A stretch of DNA of 64,000 nucleotides. It comes from Alkalispirochaeta sp. (lineage in GTDB: Bacteria; Spirochaetota; Spirochaetia; DSM-27196; Alkalispirochaetaceae). The notes under the pieces are model-generated. The model did no database searches and had not been told where the DNA came from. It saw only the letters and a program-made list of their open reading frames with translations. The stretch lies in NCBI GenBank assembly GCA_965601925.1, contig OZ271854.1, positions 4,160,001-4,224,000 on the forward strand, given 5' to 3'. This document shows, in pieces, positions 8,588 through 19,800 of the stretch (position 1 is the first letter of the stretch; every line of letters begins with the position of its first letter). The position numbers and the translations under genes are program-made.

Positions 8588-9879
8588 TAGTCGAGCGGCA
8601 AATCGCGGTGGGTGAATCGCCGTCCGCCGTCACCGTACTCGGCGACGATATGGCCCTGACCGCGAACGATCCATTTGTAGCTCATGAGTCCGTCGAGTCC
8701 GACCGGCCCCCGCGAATGGATGCGCGCCGTGCTGATGCCGACCTCCGCACCGAGGCCGTAGCGGAACCCGTCGGCAAAGCGCGTGCTCGTATTCCACATA
8801 ACCGAGGCCGAGTCGACTCTTGTCAGGAAGCGCTCCCCGGCTTCGGTGTTTTCGGTCACGATCGCGTCGGTGTGCCCGCTCCCGTAGCGGTTGATGTGAG
8901 CGATCGCCGCGTCCATATCCTCGACAACGCGCACGGAAAGGACGAGATCCAAGTACTCGGTCGCCCAGTCATCGTCGGTCGCCGCCTCCATTGTACGAAC
9001 GATCGCCCTACTCTCGCCGTCGCCGCGTAACGCTACCGAGCGCGCCGCAAGCGCTTCGGCGACCGCGGGTAGGAGGCGCTCGGCGGCGGCTCGATGGACG
9101 AGAAGCGTTTCGGCCGCATTACAGACCGCGACGTATTGCGTCTTGGAATCCACGGTGATCGAGACGGCGCGGTCCAGGTCGGCGTCCCGGTCGAGATAGA
9201 CGTGGCAGATACCGTCGGCGTGGCCCAGAACGGGAATCCGCGTATTGTCCATGATAAAGCGTACGAACTCGTTGGAACCTCGAGGAATCATCAGGTCGAT
9301 ATACTCGTCGAGCGCAAGAAGAGATCGAACGTCCTCGCGCGTCTCGACGAGTTGCAGCCACCCCTCCGGCGCTCCCGCCGCAACACTCGCCTCCGAGACG
9401 ATACGCGCCAGAACGCGGTTGCTCTCCGCCGCCTCGGAGCCACCCTTGAGTACCAATGCGTTGCCGCTCTTAAGCGCCAGAGAGGCGATCTGAATAAGCG
9501 CATCGGGGCGCGACTCAAAAATCATCGCGATAACGCCGATGGGCGTCGTGCGGCGCGTCAAGATGAGCCCGTCGTCCAGTTCGCGCCGGTCCAGTACGCG
9601 GGAGATCGGGTCCTCCAGCCGCGCTACGGCGCGGAGCCCCGCAATCGCCTGGTCCTGCTTAGCGCGATCGAAAACCAGTCGCTTGTATAGCGGTTGGGCG
9701 AGATTTTCCCGTTGTGCACGCTCCAAGTCGGCTTGATTTCCCGCATCGATCTCCGCGCGTCGTTCCTCGATCGCCCGTGCGATCGCTTCCAACGCACCGT
9801 TTCGCAAAACCGAATCGGTGTCCGCAAGGCGACTTCCCGCCTCGCGCGCCGAGCGAACGCGCTCAGTGATTCCCGTCAT
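8587..9879 (-). CDS. proA: Glutamate-5-semialdehyde dehydrogenase
   Basis: PIGVIAMIFESRP, LKGGSEA, CNAAETLL, STRFADG, GAEVGIST. Confidence 0.95.
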   Translation of the reverse strand: MTGITERVRSAREAGSRLADTDSVLRNGALEAIARAIEERRAEIDAGNQADLERAQRENLAQPLYKRLVFDRAKQDQAIAGLRAVARLEDPISRVLDRRELDDGLILTRRTTPIGVIAMIFESRPDALIQIASLALKSGNALVLKGGSEAAESNRVLARIVSEASVAAGAPEGWLQLVETREDVRSLLALDEYIDLMIPRGSNEFVRFIMDNTRIPVLGHADGICHVYLDRDADLDRAVSITVDSKTQYVAVCNAAETLLVHRAAAERLLPAVAEALAARSVALRGDGESRAIVRTMEAATDDDWATEYLDLVLSVRVVEDMDAAIAHINRYGSGHTDAIVTENTEAGERFLTRVDSASVMWNTSTRFADGFRYGLGAEVGISTARIHSRGPVGLDGLMSYKWIVRGQGHIVAEYGDGGRRFTHRDLPLD

Positions 9880-9883
9880 ACCG

Positions 9884-10933
9884 TCATCCCTTCAGCTGTT
9901 CGGCCGTCCAACGGAGAAGCTCATCGGTCTCCTCCCAGTCGATGCACGCGTCGGTGATCGACTGTCCGTAGGTCAACGAACCTCCCCTTTCGGGCATGGT
10001 CTGACGACCCGCAACGATATTGCTCTCGAGCATAAAACCTTTGATCGACCCTCTCCCCTCTACCCGTTGCCGCACGACGCTGGTGAGCACGCGGCGCTGA
10101 TTGGTATGATCCTTCTGGCTGTTGCCGTGGCTGCAATCGACGACGATGTTAAGCGGCAGCTCGCTGTGGTGTAGCATCTCCTCGACGCGCACGATATCCC
10201 AGCTGTTGTAATTCGGTCCCGATCGACCGCCACGCAAGATGACGTGTACCTGGTCATTTCCCGTAGTGTGGATCACGCACGTATCGCCGGACTGGTTGAT
10301 CCCGATGAAACTATGGGAGTGGAGGGAACTCGCCATAGCGTTAAGTGCAACCTCGATCGACCCGTCGGTGCCGTTCTTGAAACCCACCGGCGTCGACAGA
10401 CCGCTGGCCATCTCGCGATGCGTCTGAGACTCGGTGGTACGCGCACCGATCGAGGCCCAGCTCACCAAATCGTCGATATACTGCGGCACGATCGGATCGA
10501 GCATCTCGCTCCCGGTGGAGAGTCCCATATCGTTGATATCGAGAAGAATCTTGCGGGCACGCTCCAACCCACGTTCAATCGCGTAACTCCCGTCCAACTC
10601 CGGGTCGAGAATGAGGCCGCGCCACCCCAATCGCGTACGCGGTTTCTCAAAATAGACGCGCATTACAATATGCAGAACATCCCCTACGTCGGTAGCGAGC
10701 GCGGCAAGACGGCTCGCGTAGTCGAGCGCCGCATCGGTATCGTGAATGGAGCACGGCCCCACGATCGCCATCATACGATCGTCCCGTCCGCAGAGAATAT
10801 CACCGATTGCACGGCGACTCTCGACGACCGTAGCCGCGCTCGACGAAGAGAGCGGCAGGCGGCGCTTGAGTTGCTCCGGCGCCAGCAGAGGAACCTCCTC
10901 GCGGACGCGAACATTGCTCGTCTTTTCGTTCAT
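9884..10933 (-). CDS. 3-deoxy-7-phosphoheptulonate (DAHP) synthase, class I-alpha
   Basis: GPCSIHD, MRVYFEKPRT, IGARTTESQTHREMASG, DCSHGNS, YGQSITDAC; start set at ATG 10933 after GAGGTG. Confidence 0.94.
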   Translation of the reverse strand: MNEKTSNVRVREEVPLLAPEQLKRRLPLSSSSAATVVESRRAIGDILCGRDDRMMAIVGPCSIHDTDAALDYASRLAALATDVGDVLHIVMRVYFEKPRTRLGWRGLILDPELDGSYAIERGLERARKILLDINDMGLSTGSEMLDPIVPQYIDDLVSWASIGARTTESQTHREMASGLSTPVGFKNGTDGSIEVALNAMASSLHSHSFIGINQSGDTCVIHTTGNDQVHVILRGGRSGPNYNSWDIVRVEEMLHHSELPLNIVVDCSHGNSQKDHTNQRRVLTSVVRQRVEGRGSIKGFMLESNIVAGRQTMPERGGSLTYGQSITDACIDWEETDELLRWTAEQLKG

Positions 10934-11320
10934 GGTCAACACCTCGAAGATCCTTTCAATCGTACCGGGACGCACATCTCGCTCCTCGTCCCCGAGCGTC
11001 ATCGACGAACGTACCATCCCGGTTTTGCGACGATTGTACATCCCACCTTCGAGCGTGCACGATCGCCGAATCATGGTCATACAGTACGATCTTCCCCGGC
11101 CCTAAGGCAACGCCGTCGAAGCGCCGAAGCGCCGAAACGCCACGCCGCGGCATCGGCCGATCTCGCCGGTAGCGGCCGCATCCCGGAAGCCGGCGGTGAC
11201 GCCCGCCCAACGGACGAGGCGTGGACTTCGCGTCGACGGAAGTATCACTCGACACCGACGACCGTACCGTAGGACGCGTCGCCCCTTGCCTTGCACCCGC
11301 CCATGTGGTACCAATTCGCC

Positions 11321-12706
11321 ATGGATCACATCGGCAGACCGCGGATCGCGGCCCTCCGTCGGTCCGAACCGTCGAACGACGCGATTGACGTATACGCGTG
11401 GGTACGCACGAAACGAGACGCAAAAAACGTCTGTTTCTTCGAACTCAACGACGGATCGAGCCTCAAGGGACTACAGGCGATTATCGACAAAGAGCGCTAC
11501 GATTTGCAGGACGCAATCGACCGCATGCAGACGGGCTCAAGCGTTCGCGCCCGCGGTACATTGGTCGAGTCGCCGGGCAAAGGGCAGACGGTAGAGCTCG
11601 CCTGCTCGGAGCTGGAAATCATCGGTGAAGCGCCGGCTGAGACGTATCCGCTCCAGAAAAAGCGCCATAGCTTCGAGTTCCTCCGCGATATCGCCCACCT
11701 TCGGGGACGCACGAATACCTTCGGGGCGGTCATGCGGGTGCGTAACCGCTTGAGTGTCGCCGTCCATCGCTTTTTCCAGGATCGCGGGTTTCTCTATCTG
11801 CACACACCGATTATCACCGCCGGCGACGCCGAGGGGGCCGGTGCGCTGTTTCGAGTGACGACCCATGATCCGGAAGGAGCCGCCGCGTACGAGGCCGAGA
11901 AGGACTTTTTCGGCAAAGCAGCTTTCTTGACCGTCAGCGGTCAACTCAACGCCGAGGCGTATGCGACGGCGCTGGAACGCGTATACACTTTCGGGCCGAC
12001 ATTCCGTGCGGAACACTCCAACACTACTCGTCACCTGGCCGAGTTTTGGATGATCGAGCCGGAGATGGCCTTTTGTGAGTTGGAGTGCAACGTCGAGCTC
12101 GCATGCGAGTTCGTGCGATTCCTACTGTCCGACGTTCTGGAACACTGCGTCGAGGATATGGAGTTCTTCGACCAGCGCATCGAGAAGGGTATCGTCGCCG
12201 ATCTGGCGCGCGTTGCGAAGAGCGACTTTCGTCATATCACCTACGACGAGGCGATCACGGCGCTGGAACGGAGCGGACGCCGATTTGAGTTTCCCGTGGA
12301 ATGGGGGATCGACCTCCAGACCGAACACGAGCGCCATCTCACCGACGAGTACGTCGGCGGTCCGGTCGCGGTAACCGACTATCCTCGAGACATCAAGGCG
12401 TTTTATATGAAGCAGAATGGAGACGGAAAAACGGTGCGTGCCATGGATGTTCTGGTTCCGCGCCTCGGGGAAATCATCGGCGGGAGCCAACGCGAGGACG
12501 ATCTTGCGGCCCTGGAACGTCGGATAGACGAACTGGGACTCGATCGGGCAACCTACGACTGGTACCTCGATCTGAGGCGTTTCGGCACGGTGCCCCACTC
12601 CGGGTTCGGCCTCGGATTCGAACGCATGGTACGGTACGTGACCGGCATGCAGAACATACGGGATGTCATTCCCTTTCCGCGCGCCGTGGGGAGCGCCGAG
12701 TTTTAA
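11321..12706 (+). CDS. asnS: Asparagine--tRNA ligase
   Basis: OB fold, [34 protein letters not shown]. Confidence 0.96.
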   Translation: MDHIGRPRIAALRRSEPSNDAIDVYAWVRTKRDAKNVCFFELNDGSSLKGLQAIIDKERYDLQDAIDRMQTGSSVRARGTLVESPGKGQTVELACSELEIIGEAPAETYPLQKKRHSFEFLRDIAHLRGRTNTFGAVMRVRNRLSVAVHRFFQDRGFLYLHTPIITAGDAEGAGALFRVTTHDPEGAAAYEAEKDFFGKAAFLTVSGQLNAEAYATALERVYTFGPTFRAEHSNTTRHLAEFWMIEPEMAFCELECNVELACEFVRFLLSDVLEHCVEDMEFFDQRIEKGIVADLARVAKSDFRHITYDEAITALERSGRRFEFPVEWGIDLQTEHERHLTDEYVGGPVAVTDYPRDIKAFYMKQNGDGKTVRAMDVLVPRLGEIIGGSQREDDLAALERRIDELGLDRATYDWYLDLRRFGTVPHSGFGLGFERMVRYVTGMQNIRDVIPFPRAVGSAEF

Positions 12707-12716
12707 GGAGCGAGTC

Positions 12717-13178
12717 GTGACCAAGCGTATCGCCCTCGTGGCGCACGATAATCGAAAGAAGGATCTCGTCGAGTGGGTGGAATGGAACTACGAGAATCTC
12801 ATTCAGCACCACCTCATCTGTACGGGAACGACGGGATCTCTCGTCGACGAGGCTATCGCGAAGAAGCTCGATCTCAGCGATACCCGCTCATATCGGATCA
12901 CAAAGCTGAAATCCGGCCCCTTAGGCGGAGATCAGCAGCTCGGGGCGATGATCTGCGAAGGCGAAATCGATATGATGATCTTTCTGTGGGACCCGATGGA
13001 GCCGCAGCCTCATGACGTCGATGTAAAGGCGCTCCTACGGATTGCGGTACTCTACAACCTCCCGATCGCCAACAATCGTTCAACGGCCGACTTTCTCATC
13101 TCCTCGCCGCTCTTCACCCGTGAATACCGCCCGATTCTCAAAGACTACGCGGCGTACATCAAGCGCTTCTCCGGATAA
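12717..13178 (+). CDS. mgsA: Methylglyoxal synthase
   Basis: IALVAHD, TGTTG, SGPLGGDQQ, QPHDVDVKALLR; GTG start after AAGGAG. Confidence 0.95.
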   Translation: MTKRIALVAHDNRKKDLVEWVEWNYENLIQHHLICTGTTGSLVDEAIAKKLDLSDTRSYRITKLKSGPLGGDQQLGAMICEGEIDMMIFLWDPMEPQPHDVDVKALLRIAVLYNLPIANNRSTADFLISSPLFTREYRPILKDYAAYIKRFSG

Positions 13179-13220
13179 TCGCGGGCAAAAACACACCGCG
13201 TCTACCTCAGAGCGGGACGC

Positions 13221-14345
13221 TCAATACGATTCGGCTCTCGATTTCGCGATGTACCGACCAAACTCGCGTAACGCATCGGGCAAACTTCGGCGCCCGAATC
13301 CGACTCGTACGCAGTGGTACGTCTCTCCATAGAGCGTCCCGGGAAGTAACAACACCCCGGCCTCGCGCACCAGATCCTCGCAAAAGGCATCGACGGAGCG
13401 ACCGACATATCGGGGAAATGCGATCGAACCGGCTTTAGGACGGTACCAATCGAGGACACCTTCGAAACGTTTAAAAAACGCATCCAACCGAGTGAGGTTG
13501 TCTCTCAATATCTCGAGATTACGATCGATAATCGTTTGCCCGTTCCTCAGCGCGAGTGAGGCTAAATACTCGCTCGGTGCACTATTGCAGATGGACGTGT
13601 AGTCCTTGAACGCCGCCGATTTCTCGTACAATTCCACGTTCCTCGTCGCGATCCATCCGATTCGGAGTCCCGCCAGGCCATAGGTCTTCGACATCACCGA
13701 AATCGAGACCGATCGTTCGTTTATGTCCGCGAAAGCGGGCAATCGATCCGTGGGATCGTACTCCAGGCCGCGGTACACCTCATCCGAGAAGACGATAAAC
13801 CCGTGCGTGTCCGCAAGAACCGAAAGCTCGTGCAAAAAATCCGATGAAGGAAGAAAGCCGGTCGGATTGTGGGGGAAGTTGACAACGACGACCGACGTCC
13901 GATCGGTTACATTGTCGCGCACAAATTGTAGATCTAACCCCCAGTCTTGATCCGGGTCGCCCTTCCATTCGATCACCTCTGCGCCAATCCGGCGTGCGAT
14001 CGCGCCGAGGGATTGATAGTAGGGTGAGTGCACGATAACGCGGTCGCCCGGTTGAACGACGACGTTCATGAAATTGAATATCGCCTCCTCTGCTCCGGCG
14101 TGGACGAGAACGTGGTCCGGCGAGAGCGTATCGTAGAGCTTTGCTATCTCGGACCGCAACGCGGGATCCCCCCGGGACTCCGTGTATCCCAGTCGGAGCG
14201 TCGATAACGAATCGGTCGATCCCGACTCCAAGGAGAGCAGTTCACCGACGGACATGCTTTCGCAGTCGGAGCCGCACAGCAGAAACGGAGCGGAAAACTC
14301 ATACTTGGCAAAATAGCGCTCAAGATGAAATGGTTCGAGATTCAT
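13221..14345 (-). CDS. PLP-dependent aminotransferase class I/II
   Basis: NFPHNPTG, DEVY, SKTYGLAGLRIGW. Confidence 0.9.
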   Translation of the reverse strand: MNLEPFHLERYFAKYEFSAPFLLCGSDCESMSVGELLSLESGSTDSLSTLRLGYTESRGDPALRSEIAKLYDTLSPDHVLVHAGAEEAIFNFMNVVVQPGDRVIVHSPYYQSLGAIARRIGAEVIEWKGDPDQDWGLDLQFVRDNVTDRTSVVVVNFPHNPTGFLPSSDFLHELSVLADTHGFIVFSDEVYRGLEYDPTDRLPAFADINERSVSISVMSKTYGLAGLRIGWIATRNVELYEKSAAFKDYTSICNSAPSEYLASLALRNGQTIIDRNLEILRDNLTRLDAFFKRFEGVLDWYRPKAGSIAFPRYVGRSVDAFCEDLVREAGVLLLPGTLYGETYHCVRVGFGRRSLPDALREFGRYIAKSRAESY

Positions 14346-14730
14346 TCGGTCGGTAGTGTATCACAGATGCACGATCATTCTACGCGCCGCCACCCTGCGA
14401 TCGACATCTCTCGAAGGAATGGGAGCCGTCGTTTAACGTGTAAACGGCCGTCGTCCCCAGCGTGTACGCAAAGCCCGCGACGCTGCCCGTCAACGAGTCG
14501 GACTCCGGCGTGTGCGTGTAGAGCGGGTTATGTATTCCGTGATCACGGAGTCCGGTGAGCGTGTTCGAGTCTCGGGTCTACATCCGCGATCTCCAATCCC
14601 CAACGACGGCAACGCGTCAGAAAGCAACGGTTGCGCGCCGACGCGAACGGACAAGCACGGTACGATCACGGCCTCTTACCCCCAATCGACTCCGCTCGTA
14701 GAACAGCCGATTTCGAAGCGCGAGAGATAC

Positions 14731-14760
14731 AAAAAACGCCGCGGCACGGGTGCCGCGGCG
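14731..14760 (-). terminator. Intrinsic terminator of the flavodiiron gene
   Basis: Minus strand CGCCGCGGCA-CCCG-TGCCGCGGCG followed by T6. Confidence 0.85.
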
Positions 14761-14793
14761 CTGCTCGTTTTCAGTAGCGGAGAAAAGTGTCGC

Positions 14794-16026
14794 TCAGGCG
14801 CCGACGGTCACCCACTCTTTGACTTTGACCGCGAGCTCTTTTCCGCGACGGAAGATGAGATCGAGGTCGTCTTGGGTGGGAGCCCCTTTGAACTCCACCG
14901 GCTCCAAAAAGTCCCAACCCATCTTGTAGCGCGCCTGGATCTCGTCGAGCTCCTTCTGCGCGCCCCCGGACCAGCCGTAACTGCCGAAGCGAAATGCCTT
15001 GCGGTTTAGCGCCTTCTTACGCCCCAACTCGTCCACGACGACCGCCATGGGGGCGAACATCTTGTACTCGTAGGTCGGCATACCGAGGACGACTCCGCTC
15101 GAGTTCCACACGTCGCGCTGGATGTAGGAGTAGTGCGTCTCCGGCACACGGTGAACGTTCACCTTGATGCCTTCGCTCTTGATACCCTCGACGACCGGAT
15201 CGACGCCGCGTTCGGTATTGCCGTACATCGAGCCCCAAATGACGGTTATCTCTTCCTTTGCCGGTCCCTTGCTGTAGGCGGCGTAGCGCTTATAGTCGTC
15301 GATAATCTTCTGCGGATTCTTGCGCCACACAATGCCGTGACCGGGAGCGATAATCTTGACCGGGAGGCTCTCGGTCTTAATGACCGCCTTCTTGGCCGGC
15401 GCCGAGTACGCGCCGACGATGTTGGCGTAGTAACGCGTGGCCTCCTCCTCAAAAAAGTCGATCTCCTCGGCCGAAAGCTGATCGTCGTACGGCGAGTCGG
15501 TAATCGCGCCGAAGGCGCCGAAGGCGTCGCAGGGGAAAAGCGTTCCCGTCTTCGTGTCGAACGTCGCCATCGTCTCGGGCCAGTGTACGTTGGGAATCTC
15601 CTCGAAAGCGAGGACGCGCCCCGCGCCGAGGTCCAGCGTGTCACCGGACTTCACGATCTGCACGTCGTTCTCGATCTGGTAAAAGGATTCCAGCAGCACC
15701 TTGGCTTTGGCGGTCGTTACGATCTTGAAATCGGGACGAATCTTTTTGAAGTCCTTCAGCCAGCCTGAGTGGTCGGGCTCCATGTGGTTGATGATGACGT
15801 AATCGATGTCCTCGGCCTTGACGTCCATCTGCTCAAACTGATCGAAGAGTATCTGCGGCGTTCCGTCCCAGTCGCACACACCGTCGATAATCGCCACCTT
15901 CTCGCCTTTGACGATATAAGAGTTCATCGAGAAGCCGTGGGGAATCGGCCACATGCCTTCGAAGAGAATATCGTGTACGTTCGCCGAGAGACGCCATACG
16001 CCGTCGGTCACCTTTGTCGTCTGCAT
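14794..16026 (-). CDS. fprA: FprA-type flavodiiron protein (O2/NO reductase)
   Basis: HMEPDHSG, HWPETM, CDAFG, PGHG plus flavodoxin SMYGNT and GSYGWSG. Confidence 0.92.
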   Translation of the reverse strand: MQTTKVTDGVWRLSANVHDILFEGMWPIPHGFSMNSYIVKGEKVAIIDGVCDWDGTPQILFDQFEQMDVKAEDIDYVIINHMEPDHSGWLKDFKKIRPDFKIVTTAKAKVLLESFYQIENDVQIVKSGDTLDLGAGRVLAFEEIPNVHWPETMATFDTKTGTLFPCDAFGAFGAITDSPYDDQLSAEEIDFFEEEATRYYANIVGAYSAPAKKAVIKTESLPVKIIAPGHGIVWRKNPQKIIDDYKRYAAYSKGPAKEEITVIWGSMYGNTERGVDPVVEGIKSEGIKVNVHRVPETHYSYIQRDVWNSSGVVLGMPTYEYKMFAPMAVVVDELGRKKALNRKAFRFGSYGWSGGAQKELDEIQARYKMGWDFLEPVEFKGAPTQDDLDLIFRRGKELAVKVKEWVTVGA

Positions 16027-16106
16027 AATCCCGTCCTCATTTGTCTGTTTTTCGACGTCGATTCTCGGTTCGAGACCGGGAACCGCTCATTCTTTATCGA
16101 TTTACT

Positions 16107-16142
16107 TTACAATAATGTAATACCGCTCAGGATCTATTGCAA
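16107..16142 (-). promoter_or_regulatory. Sigma70-type promoter of fprA with an overlapping near-palindrome
   Basis: TTGCAA-17nt-TACATT; TTACAAT/AATGTAA at 16107-16120 overlaps the -10. Confidence 0.6.
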
Positions 16143-16156
16143 GATCAAACGGGTCG

Positions 16157-16651
16157 CTACGCGCGAGCCAGAAAGCGGTCCAACGCGTCGGCAAACGCCT
16201 TGAGTTCTCGCTTGCCGAAGCTTCGCGTCCGGCTCATGACCTCCAGCCCCGAAGAGCGTATCGCCTCGCCCGCGTCGCGTAGGGATCGACGCTCTCCGAT
16301 AGTTGCGGCGTCAAAGAGCGTGCCGCGATCGTTCATCGCGTACGCGCCCTTATCGAGTACCGCTTCAGCCAAAGGAATGTCGCGGGTGACGATCAAGACG
16401 ACACCCCGGCCGCCGCGAGGGAGGTCCGCCGTCTCCGATACGCTATCGTCTCCCAATCGGCGAAGGATCTCCTCGTCGACGGTAGTATCCCGCACCACGA
16501 TCAGCTCTACCGGAGGAGGAGCGTCGATGCGACGATTGGCCAGAAAGACGACATCGACACCGGGACGGGAGGAAGTCTTGGCCAGGAGGCGTCGCACCTC
16601 TACCGGACACGAATCGGCGTCGAGAAGAATCGTCACCCCTTCTTCATTCAT
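16157..16651 (-). CDS. YaiI/YqxD (DUF188) family protein
   Basis: ILLDADSCPV, VTRDIPLA, FADALDR. Confidence 0.85.
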   Translation of the reverse strand: MNEEGVTILLDADSCPVEVRRLLAKTSSRPGVDVVFLANRRIDAPPPVELIVVRDTTVDEEILRRLGDDSVSETADLPRGGRGVVLIVTRDIPLAEAVLDKGAYAMNDRGTLFDAATIGERRSLRDAGEAIRSSGLEVMSRTRSFGKRELKAFADALDRFLARA

Positions 16652-17993
16652 TGTCGGCGCCTCCGACCGGGGAGACGTCGACGACACCGGGGAGAGCCGC
16701 GACAAAAGCCTCTGCGCCGGCGGTCGGCGAAACGAGGATCGCGTCGGTGGCGTGATCGACAAATGCCGATTCGGTCGGCGCGAGGGTGATCGTCTCCGCG
16801 TCTCGATCTCCGGACGCCGCCGCCCGGACGCCGACCGTACCGCCGATCGCCAGAATCACCATGGGACCCTCTGCTTTAGCAAGGTGTCGAGGCGACGGCG
16901 CGTCTCCGAGCCCCTCGCGCACGGACAGGCGGGTAAGCTCAAACTCGCTCGCGGTGGTACGATACCGATAGGATTCGCCGTCGCCGGACAGACGCGGCGC
17001 CGCCCTCCCCTCGAAGGTCAGGGCGCGGGCAAGCTCGTCCGGGTCCACGTGTTTAACGGTACACCCCGATCGCAGCACGTTGTCCGAGTTCGCCATGATC
17101 TCGATCCCCGCACCGTAGAGATAGGCGTGGAGCAGCCCCGCCTCCAGATACATCGCTTCCGCGCGACGCAAATGGACGAGATTGAGATACAACGGCGCCG
17201 CCGCTCCGGGATCGTCCGGAAACTGGCGCATAAGCTCGCCGACCCACCAGTAGCGATCGTCACGGTCCGTCCCCGACCGTGCGTTCGGCCGCGAAGCGAT
17301 GTACCGCGCAAGCGCCTCGACCATGTCACCCCGCTCCTCGGTTGAAGAACCGGCGCGCAACACCTCGAGAAATACCTCGCGCCACCGGTTCCAGGAGGGC
17401 GACGTCTCCAGCAGACCGATCCGCTCCCGCAGCTCCTTGAGTCGGCCGTCCGCAAAATGCGCACTCCAGGCGACCATCTCACCGACTACCTCGTCCAAGG
17501 GGCGAAATCCGCGCAGCCCCCAGAAGTCGCCGAGGGCACATATGAGCTCCGGTTTATGGTTACGATCTCGATAGTTACGGTGGGGCGCATCCAAGGCGAT
17601 ACCGGCACGATTCTCGCGCTCATACCCGTCCGCGGCCTGGCGGCGACTCGGATGCGCCTGGATCGAGAGCCCCATCTCGGCGGTGAGTATCTTGAACAGA
17701 AAGGGCACACTCGGCGCCGTCCCTGCGGGAAGGAGATCCAGAGCCGCCTCTCCCAATATCTCCGCTGGGGCGCGGGCGATGAGTTCATCCAGCCCGACCG
17801 CCTCGCCATCGGATAGGACGACGGCGCTCGGTCCTCGGGGGTGCGAACCCATCCACAGCTCGGCCTCGCGCTCGTCGGTGGCGTTCGACGCGGTCCGTTC
17901 CAAAGGGCTCCCGGCGGCGCGTAACGCGGCGAGCATGGAGGTGCTCCCCCATGCGTAGTGTTGTACCGTGTTGATCATTCGATAGATCGCCAT
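16644..17993 (-). CDS. manA: Mannose-6-phosphate isomerase, class I
   Basis: QHYAWGS, AELWMGSHP, LSIQAHP, NHKPEL, HAYL, EIMANSDNVLR. Confidence 0.93.
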   Translation of the reverse strand: MAIYRMINTVQHYAWGSTSMLAALRAAGSPLERTASNATDEREAELWMGSHPRGPSAVVLSDGEAVGLDELIARAPAEILGEAALDLLPAGTAPSVPFLFKILTAEMGLSIQAHPSRRQAADGYERENRAGIALDAPHRNYRDRNHKPELICALGDFWGLRGFRPLDEVVGEMVAWSAHFADGRLKELRERIGLLETSPSWNRWREVFLEVLRAGSSTEERGDMVEALARYIASRPNARSGTDRDDRYWWVGELMRQFPDDPGAAAPLYLNLVHLRRAEAMYLEAGLLHAYLYGAGIEIMANSDNVLRSGCTVKHVDPDELARALTFEGRAAPRLSGDGESYRYRTTASEFELTRLSVREGLGDAPSPRHLAKAEGPMVILAIGGTVGVRAAASGDRDAETITLAPTESAFVDHATDAILVSPTAGAEAFVAALPGVVDVSPVGGADNE

Positions 17994-18080
17994 ATCCGGA
18001 ATGCTATGGTGTAGGTTGTCGGCGGTCAAGGCGCCTCGTATTGCAACGTACGTGTACGCAACACTACAATGACCCACGCC

Positions 18081-19745
18081 ATGAAATTATCGATATTGCA
18101 GAAAACGAGATACGAGTACACGCCCAAGCTCCCGCCGGCCATCCGCGGCGAGGTCGCCTCAATCGGAATCGCATTCGGAGAGCCGACCGGAGCGATCGCC
18201 GACCAAGATGAACTGAAGGCCCTGTTCGACAAGACCTACGGCAAACCGATTGCGACGCTCGGTCGGAGTACCGAAAGCAATGCGTCGTCGTCGAAAAAGC
18301 GGACCGTCGGCGTCATTCTTTCCGGTGGGCAAGCGCCGGGCGGGCACAACGTCATCGCCGGCATCTTCGACGCCCTGAAGGCGGCCAACCGAGATAACAC
18401 GCTGTTCGGTTTTCTCGGCGGGCCTTCGGGTCTGGTCGACGACAAGAAGATCGAAATCACCCATGAGTACATGGACCGATTTCGCAACACCGGCGGCTTC
18501 GACATCATCGGGAGCGGGCGCACGAAGATCGAAACGGATGAACAGTTCGCCTCGGCGCGCCGCACGTGTCTGGACAACGATATCGACGCGATCGTCGTAA
18601 TCGGCGGAGACGACAGCAACACCAACGCGGCATTGCTCGCCGAATACTTCGCCGCAGCAGGCGACCCGATTCAGGTGGTCGGCGTTCCCAAGACGATCGA
18701 CGGCGATCTCAAGAATGAATACATCGAGACCTCGTTCGGATTCGATACGGCGGTCAAGACGTATGCGGAGCTGATCGGAAATATCGAGCGGGACGCCGCG
18801 AGCGCCAAGAAATACTGGCACTTCATTAAGCTCATGGGACGCAGCGCAAGTCACATCGCCTTGGAATGCGCACTGCAGACGCAGCCCAATATCTGCATCA
18901 TCTCCGAGGAGGTGCAACAGAGGGGACAGACCCTTTCGGAGGTCGTCAGCTCGATTGTGGAGGTCGTCGTGAAGCGCGCCGAGGCGGGAGAAAACTTCGG
19001 TGTCGTCCTCGTACCCGAGGGCCTCATCGAGTTCATTCCGGAGATGGGTTCGCTGATTCATGAGCTCAACGACATACTGGCCGAGAACGCCGCCTATTTC
19101 GGGACGCTCAACACCTTCGAGGACCAGTCGGAATGGGTCAACAAACACCTCTCGAAAGACAGTTCGTACGTCTTCTCGTCTCTGCCGACCGAAATCCAAC
19201 GTCAACTCCTTATGGATCGCGACCCCCACGGTAACGTGCAGGTTTCGCGTATCGAGACCGAGAAACTCCTCATCGAGATGGTGGAGGACCGCCTGCGGGA
19301 GCTCGCCATGAAGGGCGCCTACTCAGGCTCATTCAGTTCGCAGCACCACTTTTTCGGGTACGAAGGGCGGTGTGCCTTTCCGAGTAACTTTGATGCCGAC
19401 TACACCTACTCGTTGGGCTACACCGCGTTTCTCCTGATCGGCGCGGGCCTCACCGGCTACATATCGAGTGTACGGCACCTCGACCGGAGCGCGGACGAGT
19501 GGGTCGCCGGCGGGATACCGTTGACGATGATGATGAACATGGAGCAGCGGCACGGAAAACGGAAACCGGTCATCCGCAAGGCGTTGGTCGAGCTCGACGG
19601 CGAACCCTTCCGCGCTTTCGCGGCGGAACGGGACGGGTGGGCGACCACGACATCATTCGCTTTTCCCGGTGCTATCCAGTACTTCGGCCCGTCGGAGGTA
19701 TGCGATCAACCGACGATGACGTTACGCCTCGAGCGGAACGCGTAA
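18081..19745 (+). CDS. pfp: Diphosphate--fructose-6-phosphate 1-phosphotransferase
   Basis: [35 protein letters not shown]. Confidence 0.96.
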   Translation: MKLSILQKTRYEYTPKLPPAIRGEVASIGIAFGEPTGAIADQDELKALFDKTYGKPIATLGRSTESNASSSKKRTVGVILSGGQAPGGHNVIAGIFDALKAANRDNTLFGFLGGPSGLVDDKKIEITHEYMDRFRNTGGFDIIGSGRTKIETDEQFASARRTCLDNDIDAIVVIGGDDSNTNAALLAEYFAAAGDPIQVVGVPKTIDGDLKNEYIETSFGFDTAVKTYAELIGNIERDAASAKKYWHFIKLMGRSASHIALECALQTQPNICIISEEVQQRGQTLSEVVSSIVEVVVKRAEAGENFGVVLVPEGLIEFIPEMGSLIHELNDILAENAAYFGTLNTFEDQSEWVNKHLSKDSSYVFSSLPTEIQRQLLMDRDPHGNVQVSRIETEKLLIEMVEDRLRELAMKGAYSGSFSSQHHFFGYEGRCAFPSNFDADYTYSLGYTAFLLIGAGLTGYISSVRHLDRSADEWVAGGIPLTMMMNMEQRHGKRKPVIRKALVELDGEPFRAFAAERDGWATTTSFAFPGAIQYFGPSEVCDQPTMTLRLERNA

Positions 19746-19800
19746 CGGCATAACGCCCGGCCCGGCGACGCATCTCCGGGGCCCGGCGGGCCTCCGGTCT

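Noticed and set aside
10934..11320. Aromatic attenuator or T-box between DAHP synthase and asnS
   Set aside because: No Phe/Tyr/Trp-rich leader peptide and no T-box consensus; only short GCGCCGAA repeats.
14440..14520. c-di-GMP-I riboswitch suggested by ACGCAAAGC
   Set aside because: The other conserved elements are missing and there is no downstream gene on that strand.
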